A DNA stretch of 64,000 nucleotides from the human T2T-CHM13v2.0 reference genome, Homo sapiens. Both the position numbers and the translations under genes were made by a program. Of the stretch, positions 15,349 to 26,929 are shown piece after piece. Location of the stretch: assembly GCF_009914755.1 (NCBI RefSeq), contig NC_060944.1, one strand, 5' to 3'. The stretch's first letter is position 1, and each line of letters starts with the position of its first letter. Under the pieces are notes generated by a model. It searched no databases. It worked only from the letters and a program-made list of their open reading frames with translations, and was not told where the DNA came from.

Positions 15349-15840
15349 TCATGACAAGAAATAATTGGCTTGTGAGAATCAACATTGAAGCTGGAAAAAT
15401 GATGGCATCCGAACAAGTAGACACAGCCCTAGTCAAGGCAATAAACTACACTAAAGACAAAGGAGAAAGACTCAAAGTTGTTCTAACATGTGAGTACCTA
15501 GGGGTGCTGCATGCCGTTGTGTGGTTTGTGTACTGCATAGTTGTACTCAGCCAAGGAAGTGGATGAGGCCACAGCTTTAACATGGGCTGCTGTCTGCCCA
15601 GAAGGATAATCTTTTCCTTATTTTATATCTCATTTCAGGGGTTCTCCAACTTCTGAAATCCATCCAGAAACTCCCTGTATTTGGGTAACAGTATTATAAC
15701 TTTTTGCACCAGGGCTTTTTTGTTTGTTTGTTAATATTAATTGATTTTTCTTATGTTCTTTATGAAAGAATAACTCATCCATTAATGAAACCAAATGTGA
15801 ACTTAGTGCCTTCTGTGTAGAAAAGGCTAGGAATACATAT

Positions 15841-16244
15841 TGTGGGAGATTCATTACATCACTGGCCTTAATACTACACCTTCTCATGTTCCCCCTTGGC
15901 TGTGTAACTTTCTAGTGTCCATATGCTCTCTCTTGGGGTGGCCAGCGTGACTTGCTTTGGCCAATGGGATATTAGCAACCATGACATAACCCGAGGCTTA
16001 TAAAGTTGCCTGCTCATTGGGACTTGTTTCACTGTTGCATCCCAGTTATTCACATCACTCCAGCTGACAGCCAACCAACAAACAGCCAGACACGTGAGCC
16101 CAACCAAGATCAGAAGAACTGTCCCACTGAGCATAGTCTAAATTGCTAACATGCAAATGCATGGTAAGCGCTACTTGTTTATGGCATTGAGGTTTTCTTG
16201 GTTATTTGTTACACAGCTTTATTGTGGCAGTAGATAACTGATAC
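15841..16244 (+). mobile_element. MLT1G/H-like LTR
   Basis: GTGACTTGCTTTGGCCAATGGGAT; 3' end TTTGTTACACAGC..TAGATAACTGATAC. Confidence 0.7.
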
Positions 16245-16735
16245 TGATACACGTGGTGAACATGACAGATAAGCTCTCTGTTCTCCCAGGCTTACATTTT
16301 AATGGGGAAACAAGATAATAAATGAACAAATAAAGGAACAAATGAACTAGAAAAAATAGGTGGGGTAAGTGATATCACAGAATTACATCAAAACAGGAGA
16401 GGGGTGGTAGAATTAGTTAGGGCCTACACAATGGCTTTACTTTTGATGCTGAAGGATGATCTTAATTAGTTTAAGATCTGAATGAGAAGAGTCAGCCAGG
16501 CAAAGACCAGTGAAAGTAACAATCTAGACAAAAGGACTAGCTAGTGCCAAGGTCCTAAAAAGGGAATGAACTTGGAGAATTCTAGAAACAGAGAAAGCCA
16601 CTAGGCTTGTGGTGTAGGGAGTGAGGCAAAGAGGAGCAGCACAAGATAAGATCAGAAAGGAAGACAGGATAAGATCAGAGAAGAAGACAGGCCAGATTAC
16701 ACAAGGTTTGTAAGCCAAACAAGGAGATTAGAGTA
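16245..16735 (-). mobile_element. L2 fragment
   Basis: Purine-rich L2 3'-region pattern (CTTACATTTTAATGGGG, GTGCCAAGGTCCT, GGCCAGATTACACAAGG). Confidence 0.65.
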
Positions 16736-17183
16736 CCCACCAGAGATGGCCTTTATGTACACACCATAGATGGCCTTTGCATTCCCACCAGAGATGGAGT
16801 TTGATGTCTTTTGTCTCAGGCCTGGGTCAGAGCACAAAGCAGCAATAACAGAGAAGCAAAAGAGACATTGTTGGAAGAAAACAATCCCATTCCTGGCTTC
16901 TGTAAATGGAATAGGAGGGGACACAGAGGCAGATTCCTGGGGATGGAAGAATGGGAAGGAGGGGAAGAGGGAGGAGATTCCCCTAGACTGGGCAGCAAAG
17001 GGAGGTCAGAAGGTCTGCCCCTCCAGAAGAGGCCAAGGCAGAGCCTTCAGGAGGGACAGGAACTCCTGGGGCACCTGCAAGGACACCTAGGATACCTTCT
17101 CTAGGCACTGCAGCCCTGGCCTTGGCAGGTGTACTTTGTCTAGAAATTGCAGGGAGCCTCCATGGTCTCAGTTTCCAAGCACC

Positions 17184-17319
17184 ATGGAAACTTCCCAAGA
17201 TGCCATTCATTGTGACTCTGGCTCAGACAATGGGCATATTAGGGAAGCCAATGTGCACCATCTTATTTGATTGATATTATCCACAGTAACCTCAGCAATG
17301 GCTGGTGTTTCGTGATTCA
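17184..17319 (+). repeat. Composite of three local duplicated segments
   Basis: 17184-17221 resembles 18901-18938 (34/38); 17221-17242 resembles 18094-18115 (20 matches, 2 gaps); 17239-17319 resembles 14741-14821 (72/81). Confidence 0.8.
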
Positions 17320-17530
17320 GCCTGTGTGGAATAAGGAAGGGAGAGGCCTTGCCAAATATTTCTGTGCCCGAGACCTCCCCTCCTCTGTAGCCAGAGTTGC
17401 CATGACCTTGTAGCTGAGGCTGGGGCTCAGAGCCCCAATTCTGACTCAAAAGAGTGTCCAGGAACCCAATGCCATGAGGCTCAAGGTCAAGTAATTTGAT
17501 TTTTAAGAAAATTAAGAAATGTGCCCTCTT

Positions 17531-17810
17531 CATCTCAAAAACACTATGTTGAGTGAAAGAAATCAGACACTTAAATGATATTCAAGAACAGGAAAAACTC
17601 ACCTATGATGATAAAAATCAGAACAATGGTTTCCTCTGAGGGTTGAGGCAGGGGCCGAGTGACTGGTAGGGGCATGAGGAAACTTCGGGGGTGATAGAAA
17701 TGTCATTGTCTTGAGCCACATGAAGCTTTCAGGTCTTGAGCTAAATGTCACCACCAAACTGTACACTTAAGATTTGTCCATTTCACCGTATGTAAATTTT
17801 GCTGCTATAA
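17531..17810 (+). mobile_element. L1ME-type 3' fragment
   Basis: TCTCAAAAACACTATGTTGAGTGAAAGAAATCAGACAC ... AACTGTACACTTAAGATTTGTCCATTTCAC. Confidence 0.75.
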
Positions 17811-17835
17811 AGTATTGACTTGAGTCTCCTGTGGC

Positions 17836-17930
17836 AAGGAAGGAAGGAAGGAAGGATGGAAGGAAGGAAAGAAAGAAGGATGGAAGGAAGGGAGAAACAG
17901 AGGAATGAAGGCAGGAAAGGAGAAGGAAAT
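17836..17930 (+). repeat. GGAA-rich low-complexity tract
   Basis: Degenerate (GGAA)n. Confidence 0.85.
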
Positions 17931-19066
17931 AAAGGTGCACGTGTTGCAGATCCCAGGCTGTCACCCATTGCACACTTTCCACCTGTTTTTTCCACAAAAT
18001 AAGCACCTAGTTTGTGAGAGGTTGTGCCAAGCATCTAGTCTGTGCCAAGTGGCCAGAGAGAAAAAATATGTAAACAAAGGGTAAGCATACAAAGCTCAGA
18101 CCTGGGCAGTATTAGTTCTATCCAAGGGTGAAGGAGACAAGCTCTCAGAAAGATTTAAAGGGGAGAGAAAGGGTCATGAGGGCTGGAGGGATGGGATTCT
18201 CTGAGATCTGAATTCACCTTGCACTTCTTTTTCTTTTTGAGAAACAGACCACAGCAAGGTAATCTTACAGCCCAGGACTCAGCTGCTGCAATCTCTGTGA
18301 AAGGTACTTATGACTAATGCTGATGCCACCATGAAGCTCAGGAAACAATTTACAGGGACATGGGCTGTTCTGAGACCCCACAGCCATGAATCGCCTAATC
18401 ATTCTGACAGATTTCTGCAGATGCTGTGCTCAGGTCACTGAGTTTCCCAGTTGTCAGTGGTGAACTGGAGCGGAGGCAGAAGGAAACTCTTCAGACACAC
18501 TGTTCCCTTCAGGAAACAAGGGACAAAAGGGCTGCCCTGAGGAGACTTGGGAAAGTGACATTTCCTCAGGCTCGAGGACATCCCGAGGTGACTTTCCAAA
18601 ACACTGGGTTAAATTGGCCTGATTGTTTATTTTCCTCAGCTCGCTTTAGAAAAAAAAAAAAGTCCATCTGTCCTTTGATATCAATAAAAAGAGCATTTGA
18701 GACTATTAAAAACACTGATGGAGATTTGTTTGGGAGAACGGAAAATCGTGCCACCATTGAAAATGGCAACACACACAACCTTCCATATGGCCATTTCTCT
18801 GCCTCAGTACTTCCAGGCTGAATTTCTTGTCAGCTCCAGCTTCTCGCCATTTTGTTCTCAGGGAAAAAAACTCAGGAACTATCCATTCCCATGTATTTAA
18901 ATGAAAACTTCCCAAGATGCCATTCATCTTGAGTCTGGAAGCAAAATGTAAACATGTTTCATAAGGAGTATTTTGCCGACACCCTATAATCTGGTTTATG
19001 ACACTGCTTTGTCAAGAGGCAAAGGTTTATTCCCTCCTTTTCAAATGAATTGGAGATGTTCTAAGT

Positions 19067-19315
19067 CAGTGGTTCTTGAAATGTGGTCCCTGGACCAGCA
19101 GCAACAGCATCACCAGGGAACTTGTTACAAGTGCAAATTCTCAGCCAGGGGCAGTGACACGCAGCATAGCAAGACCCTGTCTCAAAAAAAAAAAAAAGAA
19201 AGAAAGAAAAGAAAATCCTCTGACTGCAGCCTAGACCTACATAATCAAAAACCCTAGGGGTGTGCCCAGTAATCTGTGTTTTAGCAAGTTCTCTAATGCA
19301 GTTTGGGAAATGCTG
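19067..19315. mobile_element. MER5A MITE interrupted by a mini-Alu (19143-19211)
   Basis: CAGTGGTTCTTGAAATGTGGTCCCTGGACCAGCAGC..GCAAATTCTC [insert] ..AGACCTAC..AATCTGTGTTTTAGCAAG. Confidence 0.85.
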
Positions 19316-19339
19316 TTTTGAAGAACCAAGAAGCTAGGC

Positions 19340-19817
19340 TCTCTCAGTTCAGGATTGAATTCAGCCTCGATTAAAAACTTTCAAAATAACAGTGACTTAA
19401 ACAAAGCAGAAGTTCATTTCTCTAACACATAAAAGAAGTCCAAAGGTAGATGTTCAGGGCTAGTATGAAGGCTCCATGGTGACAGAGGAAACCTAAGTTT
19501 TTTCTATTTTTCTGCTCTGCTATCCTTTGTGTATGGTTTTTTATTTCAAGCTGGCTTCATGGTTCAAAATGGCTACAGGAGCTCCAACCATTACTTCTCT
19601 GTTCCAGGCAGAAAGCAGAAGTTGGGGGATAGAGCAAGCAAGTAGGGTCTACTCCTGCTGTTTGTGTCCCTCTGCAGGAATTTTCTCAACAGTCTCACCT
19701 AACAATTCCATTTATATTTTTGGCCACCTATAGCTGTTAAGAGAAGCTTAGAAATACGGTCTTTTATCTTAAATTAAAATTGTCATTACTGATAGGTAAC
19801 TCACTTTCTCTGCCACC
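19340..19817 (-). mobile_element. MLT1K-like old LTR
   Basis: AATAACAGTGACTTAAACAA..CAAAATGGCTACAGGAGCTCCAACCATTAC. Confidence 0.65.
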
Positions 19818-20964
19818 ATGATTCCAGACCCTCTTCCATATAAATAAACATAATTCCAAATACAAAGCGAGGTTAAACTCTTCTATCCCAAGGAAATATC
19901 AAACATGAGTATGACTACATTTTTAGTAATTTTATGAAAGAATAGTAAATGATATATTGAGAATCTCATAAATGATCTTATTTAAACTTTCCATTTCACA
20001 AATGAACAAACTGTGGCCCAGAGAGGGAGATTTTCATGTCCGTAAGAGCTGGTGAGAAACAGACCGGGGTGCTAGAACCTGAAGGAGCTAGGAATAAATC
20101 CAAAGCTTCCTGAAATGTATGCCAAAGCAGTCGTCTCATAGGAGACTCCATGGACAAAAATCTCCATGATCAAGTGTTGTCAGTTAACATTACAAAGAAC
20201 TTGGAGCCCATTAAGATTAAATTTTTTAAAAAAACAGGCTGTTCTTCATACTCAACACACAGACTATTTATCACTTAAAGTGAGTTCTTAGAACATTAAA
20301 AGTAAAATGGTTGTATCAGAATAAATTTTATTGCAAATTCTCAGGACTTATTTCAGAACTCCTGAAACCTACTTTGATGATTTCAGGTTCTGCTCATGAA
20401 ACAGAGACAACCATGTGTGGTGCCTGCATTCTTGGCCTGCGGGGAGTGGAAAGGAGACAAAGAGTAAAACACGGTGGGAAAGAAGAAAAAGAGGTTAAGA
20501 AAAGCAAATGTGCCTACTCCAGGTAATTTTGACTTAGGGACCCTGATTAACTTACACACTAATTAAACCATTTCCAGATTTTGTGCAGTCTGAAAGCAGC
20601 CCATTTTCCCCAACACCAGGTCGCTCAAGATGACCACAGGAAGGTTGTCATCTTCATGTCTAAAAGCCAGTTGACACTCAAGGGTGTCATTTCACTTCAG
20701 TGAAATGAGAAGCTTCACAGATGTGTAGACTCTGAAAAATCTAACTGGAAAACAATACAGGGAAATAGCAATACTAGGCATCAAAGCAGCAAAAAAACTA
20801 CTCAATTATCTGATATGGGGATTATCAATGGAATAAATGTGGGGTTTGTTGTTTGTTGTTGGGATTGTTGTGGGTTTTGTTTCATTTTTTAGGGTCTCAC
20901 TTTTCTCCACCAATTAGATCTGTGCTGTGAGCCACACAGGTTTTGAGTACATGTTTTGGGACTT

Positions 20965-21368
20965 TATATCGGTCAGACTTTGCCATGGTAACACTGTGTA
21001 ACGAGCAGCCCCAAAAATCTCAGTGGTGGTCAAAAGCAAACCTTTATTTCTCATTCATGGGTTTTCAGTTTGTTCAGGCTAAAAGTAAAATACACAGATT
21101 CTTCACCTGTCTTTCATTCCATGCTGAAGGAGCAATTGACTGCCTGGGACATACTTTTCTCATAACAGAGGCAAGGGTGAAAAACACCAAGTCATCTTGA
21201 TTATGCAATCCCATTTTTAATGTAAACAATGTCATGTCTGCTTCTATTTCATTGAGCAAAGCAAGTCATATAGGCAAGCCCAACATCAGTGGGGTGATAA
21301 AGCACACTCTCCAATGGAAGGAGGAGGGGAGCATGATCATTTGCTGAACAGTAATGCAAGATAGCACA
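20965..21368 (-). mobile_element. MLT1I/J-like old LTR
   Basis: CCCCAAAAATCTCAGTGG..CATTGAGCAAAGCAAGTCATATAGGCAAGCCCAACATCAGTGGGG. Confidence 0.65.
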
Positions 21369-24300
21369 AGACTTGTCTGGGGTGAGAGAGAGATCAAAGC
21401 TGTGGATCCCACCCAGTCTTCAACCAAAGCAATGTGGCTTTGACCTGTTTTCTGTCTTGGACTTGAATAATACTTTATTTGAAAGAAGTGTTAAATTGTT
21501 TATTAAAAAAAAAGACAAGTTTGAAAACCACTGTTTCCAAGTCGCTTATTTTGCCAATAAAGAATCTGGGGTCAAAGGGTAAACGCCTTGCTGATTGTAT
21601 CTGTCTCAGGACCAGGGCTATGAGATTTAAAGTCAACCAGATCTGGATTTTCAAACCTAGCTCTACCATGTTTTAGCGGAGACACTCTGGACATGTTCAC
21701 TATCCTTTCATCATCACAGGCAAGGGTCTGTCCAGTGCCCTAAGTCCTAGGGCTCTCCAGTTGCTAACCACACTGAAGGGATGAAATGTATGAGTGGGCC
21801 CTCCACTGGTGTGATCTGTAATCAGAATGGGAAAGACTCTCTTTGCTCCACCATGTCCGTGGGATGAGATGGAAAAGTGCACCATTCCTGGTGGTGATGC
21901 TTCTATTTAAAATACTGCTAAACTGAGTTTCCTTCCTTGCTCTTCTCTCTCCCTTTCTTTGACAAACCTATGCATGACTCGAGTATACAGCTATCTCCCC
22001 TAGTGGAGCACAGGCTTTTTGGAGGATAAGGGTCACTCTTTCCATGTTTATTTCTTCCCACGCCTACACCTCACACCTCATTCCAACTCCACAGCACAAT
22101 AACCATCCTATCTTCACAGCAGCAGAGATTATGTAAATGGTTATAAATTAAATAATATGTTTTCTTCTCCATGACCCTAGTGTAGCATTTTGGAGAAGAC
22201 ATGGCTTCAGGAATGATTTCCCAGAAATTTTGAAGGTCCTTAAAACTAAAGAAGAAAGTCCTGTGATATCTGCAAAGGCTCATTTGCAGAAACTGGCCCA
22301 GCCCAAGTGTACAGAAACAAAGAAATGCTACAGCCAGTCAAAACCATTTGGCTCACTGGTTCTTATTTCAAATCAGCAGAATAAACAAACTGCAGTCCAA
22401 GTAGGAACTGGTTCTGCTGTCCTCTTCTTTTAAGCCAAGGCACAATGTTTGAATGTTTCAGAAGTTTCTTTCTAATGGGTTTCCTTTTATTGTCTGTGCC
22501 AGATGGCCAATGGATCCTAGGCTAGTAAATCAATATGCTCACTTTAAACTCTGACTTCATTTGTTTAGTACTTTCCTGGCATCACTTGTGCATATTATAG
22601 GAAGAAAGGTGTGGCTATTGCATTGTTCTATAATAAATCCAGCTGTGTTTTACCCATATTTCTACTCTAAACATTATGACTTCTGGTTATGCACAAGTTG
22701 ACAATAAGAGCAGGGTGTATGTATACATACATCCCCCATCCACCCAGCACTCCTGGTAAGTAACCAAATCCATCCTCCACCCTGAAATTCAACAACCTGG
22801 TAGTTAAAAAGAATTCTTTGAGGCACAATGAAAGACTCATGTCCACACTCTTGTTCTAAGAATTCGTAAGCTGGGATACATTTTACTTTTCTACATCCAG
22901 CTCCCTTTTTATATGTGCTTTTCTAAGACCAGGACAATTGATCAAACTATTTATCATGAAAGAGCTCTTCTCACTCTACACATTTCAATTTCACAATATA
23001 AAAAAGAAAGAGGTAAAATCGCCAGGGAGTCTTCAACTCATATTGTCACTGAAAGTGTGGGGATTATTCAGACAGACTGCCCCAAACTGGACAACACAGT
23101 GATGTCATCCAAGAGAGCCTCATATCTGAACAGACTTGTATTTTTAAGTAGTCAAGGAAAAAGCCTAATCAATAAGAATGAACTTCAAATATGTCCACCA
23201 TCAGAAAAGCAGGAGACATACAAATATCCAGAACATAATTCTGGAGGTAAGATGGCAGAAGACAGGAGAGCCTGCATAACTGAGCCTTCTGCTCCAGCTG
23301 GTGAGGGTCATCTCTTAGCTTTCCTTACAGATTCAAGATGGTGGACTGAGGGTCAACCTCGTAAGGAGAATCATTTTAGAGGAGTGTTTCACTCCATACT
23401 TGGCCTTCACATTCCAGCCCAGACATCCCCTTCTTTCTGAAGACTTTCCCTCCTATGTTGGATCTACGAACCTTGCATATGTTCCTGTTGCAGTACTAAT
23501 CACATAGCACAGTCATTTTTCATGTATACGATTGTCTCTTCTACTAGGTTCTGATCTCCTTGACAGTAAGGACAATGCCAACCTGCCCAAAGAACTTAGC
23601 ACCATGCCTATTGCTTAGTATAAAATTCTGGGGTGTTCAAGCAGCTCACATCACCTAGTGTCAGTAGATTTCTTTTTCCTTTTGCAACAGTGAAAACCGG
23701 GAATCAGCAACTGTAATCTCTTCTAAGGATTTAGAATCAAGAAAATATAGACAAAATTCATCAATGGCTGATTCTATGGAACTGAGGTACTAGTTTACTT
23801 GCTTCTTCCTAGCCTAGCCTAATCTCACCCTTTCCCCAACCCCCCTCCCCCATAGCCACAGGTAACAGGTAGGCTCACCTGTCAATGTTCATAGCTCATT
23901 GGACTAGCATGGTCATTTAACACACAAGATAGAAAAAATTTGATTATATAATTCAGGATTTTGAATGAAGAAGCCTATAATTTGGTCATGCAGCCTCAAG
24001 ATGAAACAGCCATTTATTTTTTTATGGCCACAAAGGTTGAAGGATGATTATAGAGAGAACTGGGATGATAAAGCTGTCACATAGAGAGAAGCAGAAAATC
24101 GTCTGGTCCATGTGTCTCCAGAGAAGTACAGACAGAGAGAGAGAGATAGAGAGAGAGAAGGGAATACCCAGAGTTTTCTTTTTCTCAATTCTTGTCCAAT
24201 AGGAAGCTGGTTATTCTCATATCATTGAATTCCATATTACTCCCTTCCACTATATATTCAATATTTATTTTAGCTTATTTACATGGGTCTTAGTTTCCCA

Positions 24301-24721
24301 TACAAACTAAATTATTCCTAACTAAGGCATTGTAAAAGATAGCATTCAACCTTGACCTAATGTATTCATTATTGGTATATACCCATAAATTGGGGCTTGA
24401 TTAATTATGTTCTGAGCAGTAGAAATTCTCCCTGCAAGGGCTGCTTATGAATAAACCCTTGATTAAAGATCATTTATTCTGCATCATATTGTTTGCAATG
24501 TAAAGGTCACCAATTTTTTAGTCAAACTACTCTAGGTTATAATCCCAGCTGTGCTTAGTTAGTAACTAAGTCAATTTTAGAAAGTTATATAACCTCACTC
24601 TGCTTTATTTAAAAAAAAATGTTACTTCTACTATGGAAAATTTCAAAAATGCCCAGAAGTAGAGAGAATAATATAAGAAAAACCTAGATATACATCACCC
24701 ATCCATAATAATTATTAGCAT

Positions 24722-25140
24722 AATCTCAATGTAATCATGAAAAAAAAAATCAAGCAAGTGCAAATTGAGGGAGAGTCTACAAAAGAAATAATGAGTGCTC
24801 TTCAAAAGTGTCAGGGACACAAAAGTCAGGAAAGGCCAAGGGACTGTCACAGATCAGAGTAGCCCAAGGGGACATGAGAAGTAAACGCAACGTGGGAGGA
24901 CCATGGGTTGGATTCTGAAAAAGAAAAATGACATTCGTAGGAAGAAAAGGTGAAATTAGATAACATGTCTAGGTCAGTTAATAGTGCTACCTTGTTAATT
25001 TCCTGGTTTTGATTATTGTACCATGGTTATGTAAGACATCACATTAGGGGAAACTAGGCAGTGTGTATTTGGGCCCTCTGTGCTTAAAAAAAGTACAACT
25101 TCTCTGTAACTCTCAAAGTGTTTCAAAGTTTCAAAAAAAA
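24722..25140 (+). mobile_element. L1MC-type 3' end within an older antisense L1M fragment (about 24620-25570)
   Basis: GTAATCATGA..CTTCAAAAGTGTCA..TTAATTTCCTGGTTTTGATTATTGTACCATGGTTATGTAAGA. Confidence 0.7.
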
Positions 25141-25933
25141 AGCTTTTAAAATAATATTTATCAACATTCTGCCATTCTTGTTTCATCTACTCCTCCTACT
25201 CTCTTTTTTGTTTCTTTTCTCAAGTATCTTAAAGCAAATCAGACAGGATATAATTTCACCATTTGTTCTCTGACTGATAAGGACTCTGTTTTATAGCTTA
25301 GTAACAGGACCACACCTAACAAAATGGGCAACAGTTCCTTAATACCTAATACTCAGTTTATGTTCCATTTTACCAAATGTCTCAGCAATGTCTACTGATG
25401 GGTTTTTTGGTTAAATCAGATTTTAAACAAAATCCGATATTGTAGTTTGATATGTCCCTTAAGTCTCTTCATCTATAACAGTTTCTGCCCCTCCTCCTTT
25501 TTTTCATGCCATTCTTTTTATAAAAGAAACTGGGTCATTTTTCCTGTAGAATTTCTCACATTTTGCTCTGATGGTTGTAAGCTTGTGGTTCAGAGTTTTA
25601 TTATATGAGATGGGGACAATAACACTCATAGCTAAGAGAACTTTTATAAGGCTTACTTGAGAAAATGTATGAAAATAAAGGTCTAGAGTTTAGCAAATGT
25701 TCATCTCCAGGCCCTACTCAGCACTTCATCCTCCAATCCTTTCTGCAGGCTTGTAATGTATTTGGTTTTGAACAGTCACCATTTATTTAACACAAAGTTA
25801 TCAGCAGACTCATTTGCAGAGAACACCCACTAAGGCCAGCAGATAAGTTTTCACAAATGATATATAATAAAGATCTGATTCTAGAAAGAGACAAATAAAA
25901 TTGTATGCAACCTCTAAAAGTGACCGTGTAACC

Positions 25934-26097
25934 CCACTACTCAAGGTGTGGTCTGTGGACAAGCAGCAGCTCATCCTCTGGAAGCTTGTTAGAAATGTAG
26001 CATCTTGGGCCCCTTCCCAGAAGTGCTGAATCAGAATATGCATCTTCACAAGATTTTCCAAGATATTTGGGTACACATTATAGATTGAGAAACGCTG
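25934..26097. mobile_element. MER5-family MITE
   Basis: CTACTCAAGGTGTGGTCTGTGGAC..GCTTGTTAGAAATGTAG..TTGAGAAACGCTG. Confidence 0.8.
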
Positions 26098-26325
26098 ATC
26101 TTTAGAGCACTAAATGTGGGTTTTAGTTTAGAAATTGGGGATTCCCTTCCTTCACCCCAGGAGAGAAGATTCTGGTCTCAAACCCTGGTAGCCTTAGAAA
26201 ATCTTGTCTCCCTGCCCTCAATTTCTGTCTCTCTACATTTCATTAAGGAGCTGGACAGTTGTACTTCTATGCGAAAAGGGCAGCAGGAAGTGAATCACTT
26301 CTTTCCTTTCCTTCTCCACTGACTC

Positions 26326-26749
26326 TGTCAGAGGTGTTTGAACCAGAGCAACTCCATCTTGAATCAGATCTGGGTAAAATAAGGCTGACACTTACTGAGC
26401 TGCATTCCCAGATGGTTAGGCATTCTAAGTCACAGGATGAGATAGGAAGCCAGCACAAGACATAGGTCTTAAAGACCTTGCTGATGAAAGGTTGCAGTAA
26501 AGAAGCCGGCTAAAACCCACCAAAGCCAAGATGGCCACGAGAGTGACCTGTGGTTGTCCTCACTGCTACACTCCCACCAGCATCATGACAGTTTACAAAT
26601 GCCATGGCAATGTCAGGAAGTTACCCTATATGGTCTAAAAAGAAGAGGCATGAGTAATCCACCCTTTGTTTAGCATAATCAAGAAATAACCATAAAAATG
26701 GGCAAGAACCCCCTCTTGGGGTGTGGATCCGGACCCTTTTCCAGTAACA
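26326..26749 (+). mobile_element. MER41A solo LTR with internal deletion
   Basis: TGTCAGAGGTGTTTGAACCAGAGCAACTCCATCTTG ... CCTTTTCCAGTAACA; perfect 4-bp TSD ACTC. Confidence 0.92.
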
Positions 26750-26929
26750 ACTCCTCAGAAAAAGTATTGAGAAAGAGATAGGATTTCTTAGGGTTTCTTA
26801 GGCAGCATTTGGGTAAATGATCCATGTATTTGCACATTCCTCAGCTATATATATACAAGGAAGGGCTTTCAAAAATCCTTGAAGATAAGCTGCCATTTTG
26901 CCTGTAAGTTTTACTCACTTCCAAGCTTC

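Noticed and set aside
16736-16798. Triple CTCF site
   Set aside because: CCACCAGAGATGGC has two extra bases relative to the CTCF core CCACCAGATGGC, so the spacing is wrong
20387-20522. Possible + strand exon (TTTCAG|...CAG|GTAATT)
   Set aside because: Weak polypyrimidine tract and moderate donor; not distinguishable from chance
22913-23440. Longest ORF in the window (175 aa)
   Set aside because: No recognisable domain or homologue, no promoter or CpG context, and the 3' end runs into L2-like sequence. One ORF of this size in six frames of 64 kb is plausible by chance. Ribo-seq or PhyloCSF support would be needed.
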